Source of the DNA: an uncultured virus (IMG/VR IMGVR_UViG_3300035698_026801)
Lineage: Duplodnaviria > Heunggongvirae > Uroviricota > Caudoviricetes
Reading direction: 5' to 3' (one strand)
DNA length: 64,000 nt
IMG/VR virus record: IMGVR_UViG_3300035698_026801
The notes under the pieces were generated by a model. That model was not told the origin of the DNA and ran no database searches. It saw only the letters and a list, made by a program, of their open reading frames with translations. Below, in pieces: positions 40,077 through 50,100 of this stretch. The stretch's first letter is position 1, and each line of letters opens with the position of its first letter. The translations under genes and the position numbers were made by a program.

Positions 40077-41762
40077 ATGAAGAAGTTAAGTTGGATCATG
40101 TTAGTTTGTATGTTTTTAATTCCTTTAGTTTCGGCAATCCCAGACTATAATATTGTTTACGATTTTGATAATTTACCTATTAGTTCTAATCAAAATGTAT
40201 CGTTGGGTTACTTTACAGTGGCAGCATTGAATGAGTCTGTTTCAAATTTGAATATATTTTATTCCGATATTCCATTTAAACTCATTTTTTCTCCACAAAC
40301 CATCACTACATTAACCACAGATCTTGTTCGTGTTAATATTTCCGCAGAAACAACTTCTGCGACAACTGCCGGAAATTATTCGGGAAAGTTGTTTATTTCC
40401 TCAGATTCTGTAGCACAAAAGCAAGTTAATTTGAATATTGAAGTTCTAAAAGATGATTCATTTGTGGTAACTCATTCAGCGTTCATTACCACGTTAGATT
40501 CTGGATTATCTGGAATTTTTGGGAATATTACTATCAAAAACGACGGGAACATAAACCAACTTTTCACGATTTCCGTTGAAGGTACGATTTCTGAGTTAAT
40601 TACAACGGTTGACCAACTTTTAGTTTATAAGGGAACTTCAGATACTTTTTCAATATCATATTTAATTCCAAAAGATCAGGACTTATCAGAATATACTGGT
40701 CAAATAATAATTAATTCTGATCAAAATGAAACCAATCAAACAATTAATACCTCCATCACAATTAGAGATATCATCCCTCCAGAACTTATTTCTGCGAATT
40801 TTTCAGATGTTATGGCAACACAAATTAATGTTTTACAAGTGGAAACTATAGACAATGTTGCAGTTAAAAATGTTACGGCTGAAATTTATTACTTTGTAGA
40901 AGATGGAAATGATACTGCGCGTCATAATTTAAACAATATCACATTTACTAAGGTTTTAGATCGTAATCGATGGGATTATGATTTTGAAGATACAGAAGAT
41001 CTAATGTCATATTATATTGATGTTTATGTGCGCGATGAAGCCAATAATTTAAATATGACCACAAGGCAATTTAAGGTTATTGAATTGGAATCTTTGACTC
41101 ATGACACAGTTATTAAATTCCCTGCAGTAAAATATGGTGATTTTTCACATGTTATTGCGTTTAACATAGCTTATGAAACCTCAGTAAAGGTCTCAATTGA
41201 TTCTATGGAATATAATTACACGTGGGAGTTTGCTATTGAACGCCCAGATGGGAAGAAGAGGTATTTTGAAGACGCAGATGAATTTAAAACGTTTTCAGAT
41301 GTTGGAAATTACACATTAATGGTTAAAGGCGAGAAAGAAGGCGAATTTTATGGATCAATTAAGTTCGAATTAATTGATACACACAAATCTGTTGAGTTAT
41401 TAGAATTTTCTGGGAAGTTTATGAATTGTACGATTCCAAAAGAATTTAAAGATCTGGATTTTTATGGAGGTTCTATTGAGTTAGAGTTGCAAGACCGCGC
41501 AACTTGTGGAAATAATTCTTTTTATAGGTATATTATTGAGTATCCGATTGATAGCTATGTTGAAGGCGAACATAAATATATTGTCTCTTATAAGGGAGAA
41601 CTTGAAAAAGAGCAAAGTCATAGAGAAACCCTTGATCGCAAAGATTCTTCAATCGCAGGTAGAACTGTAGCATTGGTTTTAATGAGTTTGATGTTTATTA
41701 TATTTATTTTGTGGGTTGTTTATGCTATGATGATAAAACCGTACACATATTGGAGGCGTTAA
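40077..41762 (+). CDS. Surface glycoprotein-like protein with Ig-like domains and C-terminal TM
   Basis: Signal peptide; many NxS/T; C-terminal TM. Confidence 0.8.
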   Translation: MKKLSWIMLVCMFLIPLVSAIPDYNIVYDFDNLPISSNQNVSLGYFTVAALNESVSNLNIFYSDIPFKLIFSPQTITTLTTDLVRVNISAETTSATTAGNYSGKLFISSDSVAQKQVNLNIEVLKDDSFVVTHSAFITTLDSGLSGIFGNITIKNDGNINQLFTISVEGTISELITTVDQLLVYKGTSDTFSISYLIPKDQDLSEYTGQIIINSDQNETNQTINTSITIRDIIPPELISANFSDVMATQINVLQVETIDNVAVKNVTAEIYYFVEDGNDTARHNLNNITFTKVLDRNRWDYDFEDTEDLMSYYIDVYVRDEANNLNMTTRQFKVIELESLTHDTVIKFPAVKYGDFSHVIAFNIAYETSVKVSIDSMEYNYTWEFAIERPDGKKRYFEDADEFKTFSDVGNYTLMVKGEKEGEFYGSIKFELIDTHKSVELLEFSGKFMNCTIPKEFKDLDFYGGSIELELQDRATCGNNSFYRYIIEYPIDSYVEGEHKYIVSYKGELEKEQSHRETLDRKDSSIAGRTVALVLMSLMFIIFILWVVYAMMIKPYTYWRR

Positions 41763-41763
41763 A

Positions 41764-42198
41764 ATGCTTAAAGTTCCATTTTATATAAATTTAGCAACAG
41801 GAGAGGTTGGCAGTTATTTAGGAGATAGACCTAGTGATACGGCCAAAGAAATAATTCCAAGATATCGACCTATAAATAAGGTAAGAGGTTATTGGGATTC
41901 CAAAGATCCTATTCCGGATTATGCTAAACACATAATTCAGCCAACTAATTTAACATTGCCTGGAGTTCAGAAAAGTTATGTTGTAATTACAGAAGATTCC
42001 AACGGACAACATCCTTGGTTAGATAAGGTTTTGGCCCTAGACAAAAAAAGTATAGCGAAACTTAAAAAAGAAAATGATAAGTTAGAGCGAGATAACGAGA
42101 AGCTTAGAATGAAGATTAAAGAGTTAGAATCTCAAGAGAGTAAAAAAAGAACATCATTAACACCTTATGGTGGAATACCACCATTGGAGAGGTATTAA
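41764..42198 (+). CDS. Hypothetical protein with C-terminal coiled coil
   Basis: LKKENDKLERDNEKLRMKIKEL. Confidence 0.65.
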   Translation: MLKVPFYINLATGEVGSYLGDRPSDTAKEIIPRYRPINKVRGYWDSKDPIPDYAKHIIQPTNLTLPGVQKSYVVITEDSNGQHPWLDKVLALDKKSIAKLKKENDKLERDNEKLRMKIKELESQESKKRTSLTPYGGIPPLERY

Positions 42199-42199
42199 A

Positions 42200-43273
42200 A
42201 TGCCAATAGAAGATGATAGACAAGAATATACCGTGGCAGATCTTAAATCTGTAATAGAAAGATTAGATAACGAAATAATTACGCATGAAAATTATAGTTC
42301 ATCTTATGATTTTGTTATGGGTCGTAATTCTTTAGCAGAAAGCACCGCAGGACAAAAAACTGAACAAGCAAATGATTTAATTCGTGCAGTTGATGTAATG
42401 GATTCCGAAGAAGATCTTCAGTCACTTAAAGAAACAAGTCCAAGATTAAGAGACTTGGATGCAAAGAAAAATCAATTAATTAAGGTATTGCGTGAACTTT
42501 GTGTGGATCGAGTATTACAAACACAAATGTTAATTACTCAAGCGCACAAGCATAAAAAGGTTTTAGATGGAATCAGAGCTCAAAACATAAGTGCAGAATT
42601 GTTTAAGAATTTTAAAGTTTTTATGTCAGAACAGTATACATCGATTGATACCAGAAACAAAGAAATTTTAGAGTTCTTTAAAGAAATGATGAATGGTAAA
42701 ATGCGCTTTTTAGAGGAAAGAGATCAGAAAACATTTACATTAATGACCGAAGCCTTGTTAGCATTATCTAAATCCTTAAATAAAATTTCACCGGGAAGTG
42801 AAAAACAATTAGAGAGTAAAGTTAAAGAACTTATGAATCCAAATACATTAGATACTTCGTTGCATCAAAAACCCGTTATTCCAGAACCAACAATTAATTC
42901 AAATGAGTCAGTACCACAAAGTAATGTAAATGATTCAGTACCAACAAGTAATTCAAATGATGTAACACCACCATCACCCAATTTAAAGGGTTCTGATAAC
43001 GAAACACAGAAAAGTAGTAGTCCCGCACCAATAACTAATTCAAATGATCTATTACCAGTAATTAAACCAAATTTATCTGAACAGATTCCACAAAATTCAA
43101 CAGATAGTTTAAATTTAACTGAGAATCAAGCCAATGCTTTAAAGTTGATAGATTCTGGAATGGAAACTAAGGCAGAACTTGGAAAAGAATTAGAATTAAA
43201 TAAAGTAACTATTGGAGCGATTGTTTCACAGTTAAAATCTAAAGGATTGGTTGATGGTGATTGGGGCAAATGA
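42200..43273 (+). CDS. Coiled-coil protein with low-complexity linker and C-terminal wHTH
   Basis: LTENQANAL....TKAELGKELELNKVTIGAIVSQLKSKGLV. Confidence 0.7.
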   Translation: MPIEDDRQEYTVADLKSVIERLDNEIITHENYSSSYDFVMGRNSLAESTAGQKTEQANDLIRAVDVMDSEEDLQSLKETSPRLRDLDAKKNQLIKVLRELCVDRVLQTQMLITQAHKHKKVLDGIRAQNISAELFKNFKVFMSEQYTSIDTRNKEILEFFKEMMNGKMRFLEERDQKTFTLMTEALLALSKSLNKISPGSEKQLESKVKELMNPNTLDTSLHQKPVIPEPTINSNESVPQSNVNDSVPTSNSNDVTPPSPNLKGSDNETQKSSSPAPITNSNDLLPVIKPNLSEQIPQNSTDSLNLTENQANALKLIDSGMETKAELGKELELNKVTIGAIVSQLKSKGLVDGDWGK

Positions 43274-44092
43274 AAAGCTCCGCCATAATTATTAAAGGCG
43301 AGTTACAGACCGAAGTTTGTGGATCTATACCCAGTAAAGGCGATCCAAAGATAGTGTATAATGATAATTTGAGTTTTTTACCTTTTAATCCGTTTTATGT
43401 GAGCGAATCTGAAGTAAAGATTCATTTAAAACGAAGTTTTGGAAAAGGATGGTATCAAATAGTAGTATATGATGGTGCATTAGGTCCTAGGAGACCTTTT
43501 GGCACAAAAGGGATAAAGGTGGTTTAAGGTGGCCGAAATTGTAATTGCATTATATGTAACATTAATCCTTATTGGTATTTGGAATATTTTTGGAATATTT
43601 GTTGGAACTATTATTGGAAAAATTGCAGTTAGTGAAGAACGTGGCGGAGTATCCCTTTATTATATTATTGGAACGGCGGGGGTATTTCAATTAATTGGGC
43701 TTTTATTATTCCCATTTTTATTCGGCATAATTGATAAGGTGATTTGAAAATGAAAACGACAAAAATTATAACATATATAATTATTATTTTGTTTTTAGGT
43801 ATTTTAATGTATTTATTTAGGGGTATTTGGTGATTTAAAAATGATAGCATTAGAAACTTTAAAAAAGTTGTTTAACACGGATAAAACTGGAAATACTTAT
43901 TGTTTTTCATTAATATGTTGGACTAACGGACGTTGGAGTATTGTTGTTACTGATGATTGGTATAAATGGACGGATAACGCCACACCAAGATTGGATTATA
44001 CGTATTCCACACCATCAAAAGCTGTTAATGCTTTTTTAGCACATATAAAAAAGCATAACATAAATTTGAAAAGTCTACAAGAAAAAGATTAA

Positions 44093-44131
44093 ACCAGCCG
44101 AAACCAGTTAAGCTTTTCAATAAAAGCTTAA
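44093..44131 (+). repeat. BHB left half-site followed by AAGCTTTT/AAAAGCTT hairpin
   Basis: ACCAGCCGAAACCAG then TAAGCTTTTCAATAAAAGCTTA. Confidence 0.7.
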
Positions 44132-44210
44132 GCAAAACAACTATAGATAGGACTGATAGGATGGATAGGTTTATATATTTTGCAAACAAAGAATAATTAG
44201 GTGAAATAAA

Positions 44211-44558
44211 ATGAATGAATTAAATCAAGTAATGAATGAAGTTTTAACTGAATCTTTCAAAGAGGGAGATGAAAGAGAGAAATTTCATAGGAGAATAACA
44301 AAAGAAGCAGAAGAAGACAAACGGGATTTTTGGTTGGTTAAAAATGGATATGGTCAAATCCAACTATTGCCAGAAGGACATCAGATTATAACACATTTAT
44401 ATTCTAGGAACATAGAGGAATACAAGAGAAAAGGGTATATAAAAGTAGTTCCAAGAAAGTATGTCAAACTTTTGCTTGAAGACAAAAGAGCAGAAAGAAA
44501 TGCAGAGATAAAATATAGAAAAACCGTAAAAGAAGTTTTTCAGAGGATAAAGAAATGA
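44211..44558 (+). CDS. Hypothetical protein
   Basis: AGGTGA SD; TTTATATA upstream. Confidence 0.6.
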   Translation: MNELNQVMNEVLTESFKEGDEREKFHRRITKEAEEDKRDFWLVKNGYGQIQLLPEGHQIITHLYSRNIEEYKRKGYIKVVPRKYVKLLLEDKRAERNAEIKYRKTVKEVFQRIKK

Positions 44559-44668
44559 AGAAAGTTAAAATAGAACTTAGAGAGGATATTGTAATTAAAC
44601 TTCACAATATGAAAGAATTCAAAGAAACATATTCAGATGTTCTGGATCGTGTATTAAAAGGGAAATAA
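44555..44668 (+). CDS. 37-aa RHH/antitoxin-like peptide
   Basis: Manual translation MKKVKIELREDIVIKLHNMKEFKETYSDVLDRVLKGK. Confidence 0.5.
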   Translation: MKKVKIELREDIVIKLHNMKEFKETYSDVLDRVLKGK

Positions 44669-44887
44669 GGCGGCACTTGGTGATTTGAAAATGATAGATT
44701 ATACAAAAGAATTTGGTAAAAAATATAAAATTATTGAAGATGCAATTAAAGAAGCAAAAGTAGAGGAACGAGAGAAGGTTTTAATTAATGTAATGAATGA
44801 GTGTATGCGTAGTGAAAGTGAAACTAATTGTGCGATTTATAGTTGGGCTTGGGAACAAATTAAAGAAATAAAGGTGGTGATTTGAAA

Positions 44888-45523
44888 ATGAATACAGTAG
44901 AATTATTTTCAGGAACTAAAAGTTTTAGCAAAGTCGCTAAAGATTTAGGACATAAAACTTTTACAGTAGATAACAATAAAGATTTAAATCCAGATTTAGT
45001 TCTAGATTTATTATTATTAAGGTATTATTGTCCAGAACATATAGATATTTTATGGACTTCTCCTCCTTGTACTGCATTTAGTGTGGCTGCAATAGGTAAA
45101 AATTGGGATAAAAATACTAGAAAACCAAAGAGTGAAAACGCTTTACTCGGATTAAAACTAATTAATAATACAATTCAAATGATTTCAAAAGAAAATCCAA
45201 CATATTGGTTTATTGAAAATCCAAGAGGCATGCTTAGAAAAGTAATAGATCCTATATTTTTGAAATATGGAATCAAAAATTATAAACGATTTACAATAAC
45301 CTATTGTCAATATGGAGATACTCGAATGAAGCCAACAGACATTTGGACAAATTTTATAGAATGGAATTCAAGACCAATGTGTAAAAATGGAGATTCATGT
45401 CATATTTCTGCTCCAAGAGGATCTCCAACTGGAACTCAGGGGCTTAAAAATGCTAAAGAGCGAGGCGTTATTCCTCCAGCAGTATTCAAAGAAATATTCA
45501 AACAAATAAAACAAAGTGATTAA
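44888..45523 (+). CDS. Short C5-type DNA methyltransferase-like protein
   Basis: ELFSGTKS, TSPPC, IENP, YCQYG...KPTDIW. Confidence 0.8.
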   Translation: MNTVELFSGTKSFSKVAKDLGHKTFTVDNNKDLNPDLVLDLLLLRYYCPEHIDILWTSPPCTAFSVAAIGKNWDKNTRKPKSENALLGLKLINNTIQMISKENPTYWFIENPRGMLRKVIDPIFLKYGIKNYKRFTITYCQYGDTRMKPTDIWTNFIEWNSRPMCKNGDSCHISAPRGSPTGTQGLKNAKERGVIPPAVFKEIFKQIKQSD

Positions 45524-45719
45524 ATGAAGATTGCGGTCAATTGGTGATTTGAAAATGACAGATACGGATGATTTTAAAAATGAATTGATTGAATTAATGA
45601 AAAAGCATAATGTATCATTAGATAGAAACGAACAGTATGATGGAAATGAAGAATTTAGTGGATATTGTTACGATTTTATTGGTCCACATACAAGATTTAA
45701 TATAGAAAATATACTTTAA

Positions 45720-45810
45720 ACCAGCCGAAACCAGTATAAATAATGTGTATGGTAGTGCTACATAATGAAATATCCTGATGTTAGTAGATCAGGTACTGGC
45801 GGCACTTGGT
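45720..45810 (+). ncRNA. BHB-flanked intron-like RNA element 2
   Basis: ACCA-GCCG-AAA-CCAGTA ... TACTGG-CGGC-ACT-TGGT; inner CCTGAT/ATCAGG hairpin. Confidence 0.7.
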
Positions 45811-46247
45811 TAAGCCTTTTAATAAAGGCTTATGCGAAACTAAAAAGGTGATTTGAAAATGAGTATTATAATATGTCCACATTGTGGTAGAGGTAATGGA
45901 ATTACCAATTACTATGGTAAATGCTGTAAATATTGTGGTGGTCTAATTACTTCAGAATCAAAATCACAATTTATAAAGTAAACCAGCCGAAACTAAGCTT
46001 TTTAATAAAAGCTTAAGCAAAAGGAGGTGATAAATATGAGTCAAGATAAAGACCAAATTATTAAGTTATTAAAGCATTGGAATACCGAGAAGAATAAAGA
46101 AGAGATTTTTAGTGCTGTTAAAGAAGAATTATTCGATAGTGAAAATTGTGGAAGAGAATTTTTTGAAATAGAGAAGGATACAATTATTGAAACATTCCAT
46201 GCCACATTAAACGCAATCATCGAAGAAATAGAAAACCATTATAAATA

Positions 46248-46333
46248 ACCAGCCGAAACCAGTATAAATAATGTGTGGCACCCACAGTGCCCTATTTAGC
46301 CTCCACGTCTTCGTGGAGCTGGCGGCACTTGGT
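46248..46333 (+). ncRNA. BHB-flanked intron-like RNA element 3
   Basis: ACCA-GCCG-AAA-CCAG ... CTGG-CGGC-ACT-TGGT; inner GGCAC/GTGCC and CTCCACG/CGTGGAG hairpins. Confidence 0.7.
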
Positions 46334-46800
46334 GATTTGAAAATGAAATTTAATAAAAAAGATTTGGTTTTAATTAATCATACAAGAAAAGGTAAGTTTT
46401 ACGCTTTTGTAGAAAGAGATTTTGATACGATTGAAGAATGGTATCCAATAATTTTAGCTAGTAAAGAAGTTATAGGTATGAATACTGATTGGATAAGAGG
46501 AGAGAGTATTTCTTGTCGGGGATCTCTTTGTAAAATAGAAAAGGTGATTTGAAAATGACAAAAGTAAAAACAGAATTTAGAGAAATAAAAAGAAAAGGAG
46601 AATCTTATGACAAGTGTTTTTATAGATGGTATAAATACGCTTTAGAACTTGAGAATCTATGTATTAAATTAGCTTTTAAATTAGAGGATTCTGTTCAAAG
46701 AGTAACTATGAAACATAAACAAATGTGGATTGAAGCATTAACAGAATCAGAAGGAAATATAGATGAAGCAGAGAAGATTTATAATAAAAAACAAAAGTAA

Positions 46801-46908
46801 ACCAGCCGAAACCAGCAATGATGTGTCAAATTAAACGGAAGTAACATCCTAGGAAAAACACTTTAGTTAAATACTAGGTATTCAACGCCAACGTTGGCGG
46901 CACTTGGT
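46801..46908 (+). ncRNA. BHB-flanked intron-like RNA element 4
   Basis: ACCA-GCCG-AAA-CCAGC ... GTTGG-CGGC-ACT-TGGT (one G-U pair); inner CCTAG/CTAGG. Confidence 0.7.
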
Positions 46909-47048
46909 GATTTGAAAATGAAATTAAAAATTAAGATAGAAGGACAATCTAGAAAACAGGAGCTAGAACAGGGCGCGAAAGTATTGAAAGGCGTGTCTGA
47001 AACGTTAGATCTTATTGAAGAAATGTTGGAAGAAAAAAACAGAAGTAA

Positions 47049-47136
47049 ACCAGCCGAAACCAGACGTGGTATACGAGGATGTTTATTTGATCCGCTCGTT
47101 GAAAAATACGCAGTCCAGATCTGGCGGTTATATGGT
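47049..47136 (+). ncRNA. Relaxed BHB-like element 5 (4-nt 3' bulge)
   Basis: ACCA-GCCG-AAA-CCAGA ... TCTGG-CGGT-TATA-TGGT. Confidence 0.55.
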
Positions 47137-47146
47137 GATTTGAAAA

Positions 47147-47779
47147 ATGAAAAAATCTAGAAAATACATTTTAATTATTTTGATCATACTAGTTTTTGCA
47201 ATTGTTTTGGCATTATGGACTAAAGTTATTCCACCAATTGTGTTAGGAATTGTATTAGGTTATGCGCTTGTTATTGGTAGCATTGTGTTGATTATGAAGT
47301 TTTTGGGCGGTGGACACAAAGATAAAGATAAAGGAAAACGTTGGTCTGATGATTATGAACGAATAAATGAACTTTTATTACGTAAAAGAGGAATGATTGA
47401 ATTATCTATTGGGAGTGGAGACGGCGCACAATTTGGCAAAAGGAATTTTCCAGATCCTCTAACTAAGGAATCTAGAGATTTTCTTGTAGTTGTAGCAAAT
47501 AAAAAGTTAGATGGTGGGCGCGCAAGAGCAATTTATAATATAAAAACAGATGATATTGCAGATTTTAATGATTCTGTGGCATTATTTCGGGCGATTGAGG
47601 CAACAGGGAATTTATTTTATGGATTTAAACCAGATGAAGTTTCTTATGGTCTAGGGGTTACTGCTGAAGATGAACAAAGATATCGGTTAGATCGGGTTTA
47701 TGAAAGACTTGGACCAATTCCAATGATTGATACACCTCCACCAAAGAAGGAGGAAGAAAAGGATGACCCAGACAAGTAA
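47147..47779 (+). CDS. Membrane protein, probable partner of the ATPase
   Basis: Two N-terminal TMs; overlaps the ATPase gene. Confidence 0.7.
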   Translation: MKKSRKYILIILIILVFAIVLALWTKVIPPIVLGIVLGYALVIGSIVLIMKFLGGGHKDKDKGKRWSDDYERINELLLRKRGMIELSIGSGDGAQFGKRNFPDPLTKESRDFLVVVANKKLDGGRARAIYNIKTDDIADFNDSVALFRAIEATGNLFYGFKPDEVSYGLGVTAEDEQRYRLDRVYERLGPIPMIDTPPPKKEEEKDDPDK

Positions 47780-49019
47780 TGGTCGTTCTTACAATTATGG
47801 GTATACTGGTTTAAAAATTAGTCCATACGCATCTATGCGTGGATTATTCTATGAACCCCAAGTTCCAGAAATAGTTTATACTTTGGATCGTATTTTTATT
47901 GGTTGGGATAGATTAACGGATAAAGAAGTGTATATTAAGAATGATAAAGCCCTGAGAATCTTTATTTCTGCTCGAACTGGAGATGGTAAAACGTATTTAA
48001 TGAATGCCATACGTAGCCAAGTTCACGTAGCCGGAGCTTATTGTATATCACCAACAGACGTAAAACCTGATACTTATGCAAACAATAAGCCGATTCAGAA
48101 GTTTTTAGAGAGACTTAGAGAGGGTGAAAAACCACGTGCTGTTCCAACTATCACATATTTGCCGGTTTTTTTAATGAAGGAGTATAAAACAGGTATTCCA
48201 GAGTTTAATCACATTTTTCAATTCTCATATAAAGATGTTTCTGAGCGTGCTTTAGCACAGTTATTAGGCATTGGAGACAAAGGAACAACACAAAAAAATA
48301 TTGTAAGTATGTTACATAATAAAATGAGGAGCGGACAAATTTCCGATTTTAACGATATTTATGATTTTATAAATGAGTTAGAATTACATCCACAAACTAA
48401 AAAATCAATAAATCTAGCAATTGGTAAATTACAAGAAAATCGTGTATTAGGTCATAGATATTATGAGGATGTTATTTTTGCATTAAAAGAAGGGTTTGCA
48501 ATTTCTTTAAATTTATTGTATCATAAGAAATTTGTGGGTAATGGATTTCCAGAATCTTATGTAAATATATTTTGTAGTAAAATTACCGACGCGCTAAATT
48601 CTGGAGAATTAGACAAACGTAATTCAACATTTTTTTTCATTGATGAAGCACACGATTTTTGCCCCGCAGATGTTAATTTATCTAGTAAAGATAAAATTTT
48701 AGAATTAATTAATATGTATCGTGATCGTGGAGTCCGTCTCGTAATGGCTTCTCAATATCCTCAACAAATTCCAAATAAAGGTCCAGATGATATTTTGGGG
48801 CAAATGTCTCATTTCTTTATTTCTAAAACGGCCACTCCTGAAAATAGGAAGTATTTATTAACACAGGCTGATTTATATCGGTTTGGTGATATGCAACGGA
48901 ATAAATGGCCGAAGATTTTTGCCAAAATGAAAAAATATGATTGGTTATTGATAGATGTTAGAGAGAAATCTTATAAAATTGTGAGGCTTGCATCTCCGTT
49001 ATGTGCTCATAAAACCTAA
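47763..49019 (+). CDS. HerA/FtsK-superfamily P-loop ATPase (candidate genome-packaging or translocation motor)
   Basis: Walker A SARTGDGKT; Walker B FFIDEAH; R finger YRDRGV; ASQ. Confidence 0.8.
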   Translation: MTQTSNGRSYNYGYTGLKISPYASMRGLFYEPQVPEIVYTLDRIFIGWDRLTDKEVYIKNDKALRIFISARTGDGKTYLMNAIRSQVHVAGAYCISPTDVKPDTYANNKPIQKFLERLREGEKPRAVPTITYLPVFLMKEYKTGIPEFNHIFQFSYKDVSERALAQLLGIGDKGTTQKNIVSMLHNKMRSGQISDFNDIYDFINELELHPQTKKSINLAIGKLQENRVLGHRYYEDVIFALKEGFAISLNLLYHKKFVGNGFPESYVNIFCSKITDALNSGELDKRNSTFFFIDEAHDFCPADVNLSSKDKILELINMYRDRGVRLVMASQYPQQIPNKGPDDILGQMSHFFISKTATPENRKYLLTQADLYRFGDMQRNKWPKIFAKMKKYDWLLIDVREKSYKIVRLASPLCAHKT

Positions 49020-49051
49020 AATTAACAGTATAAACTCCGAGTACTCGGAGT

Positions 49052-49642
49052 CTAATTACTCCAATTTGGTTCTGTAAAACTTGAATTACTAACGATATGG
49101 GTAATATTGTCTTTTGGAATTTTTGCAGCCCAACCCTTAATCTTATCAGTTAACCACGTAAAATATACGCTTATGTGCATAATGAAAAAGACATATCCTT
49201 CAAATGGAACCACGGCTTTATGATGAACAACTCCTACATAGGCCAATTCCATTAATGCCAACATCATTAAAGACATAATAATCCATGGAACTCCGCTTGT
49301 TGGATCAGATTTAAAGCTTCGTAAAATTCTAGCTAAGATACGTACTAAAAAGAAGAATAAAATAAAACTACCAACAGCATCCCATAAATAAACACTTTTC
49401 ATAACTCCTGTTGCAGTCATGGCTGCAATTGTGTTTTGTTTTGCTAAATAACCCCCGCTAAAGATTTTCTCTCCAATATAATAGAATACATTAACCCAAT
49501 TTCCATTTTGAACCGCAGAAATTAATTCGATTGTGAACCTAGCTAAGAAGGTTATAACCACAATCCCTATTGGAGACCATCTCCATAATTTAAATACAAG
49601 CTTAATTACATTCCATATTCCTGTTAAAATTGCTGCTACCAT
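49052..49642 (-). CDS. Multi-pass membrane protein
   Basis: Several TM segments; the only well-supported minus-strand gene in the right arm. Confidence 0.7.
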   Translation of the reverse strand: MVAAILTGIWNVIKLVFKLWRWSPIGIVVITFLARFTIELISAVQNGNWVNVFYYIGEKIFSGGYLAKQNTIAAMTATGVMKSVYLWDAVGSFILFFFLVRILARILRSFKSDPTSGVPWIIMSLMMLALMELAYVGVVHHKAVVPFEGYVFFIMHISVYFTWLTDKIKGWAAKIPKDNITHIVSNSSFTEPNWSN

Positions 49643-49769
49643 TTTCTTAGTTTAGTACTTAAGTAATATTATTTGGCATTTTATATAAAATTAACTAAAA
49701 TATGATTTAAAAGCACAAATAAACAATTAACTATTTATATAAAGCACAATAAATACTTATGTAAGATAT

Positions 49770-50100
49770 CGAGGAGTTATTCATTTTTCTGATGATACTT
49801 CTTAAGTGGCGTGGATTTTTTTGATTCGGATTTTTGCTTTCGCCAAAAGCTCGAACTTGTTCCTAAGGTTCGGTTAAAAAAACTATAGGAGGCCTAAAAG
49901 AGCCTGTCTTTTGTCTCTCGCGCCTAGGAGACTAAAAATAGGGATTGATCAAAAGGAGGAGTGAGAGTCATTGACCCATCGTACGTGCCACAGTATGTGG
50001 GATAAACGCGGTGCAAGTGCTATCTTCGGATAAGCTTGTTTGACGGGGGAGTTCACGTTCGCCTCTGAGATGTTGATCTTAAATAGTTCGTGTTAAAAGA
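49770..50100 (+). ncRNA. Putative structured ncRNA or long 5' leader
   Basis: GC-richer non-coding tract after TTTATATAAA (49733); hairpins GTCTC/GAGAC, CCACA/TGTGG, TATC-TTCG-GATA, GATCAA/TTGATC. Confidence 0.45.

Noticed and set aside
42890..42965. Short SN(E/D)SVP-type repeats
   Set aside because: Ordinary low-complexity linker; imperfect at DNA level
39348..47136. Hammerhead ribozymes (GCCGAAAC)
   Set aside because: No correctly placed CUGANGA core; BHB pairing explains the conserved bases better
39348..47136. tRNA genes or canonical integron attC sites
   Set aside because: No cloverleaf or T-loop around the BHBs; ends do not consistently fit RYYYAAC/GTTRRRY and no integron integrase is in the window. 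An attC-like role is kept only as an alternative
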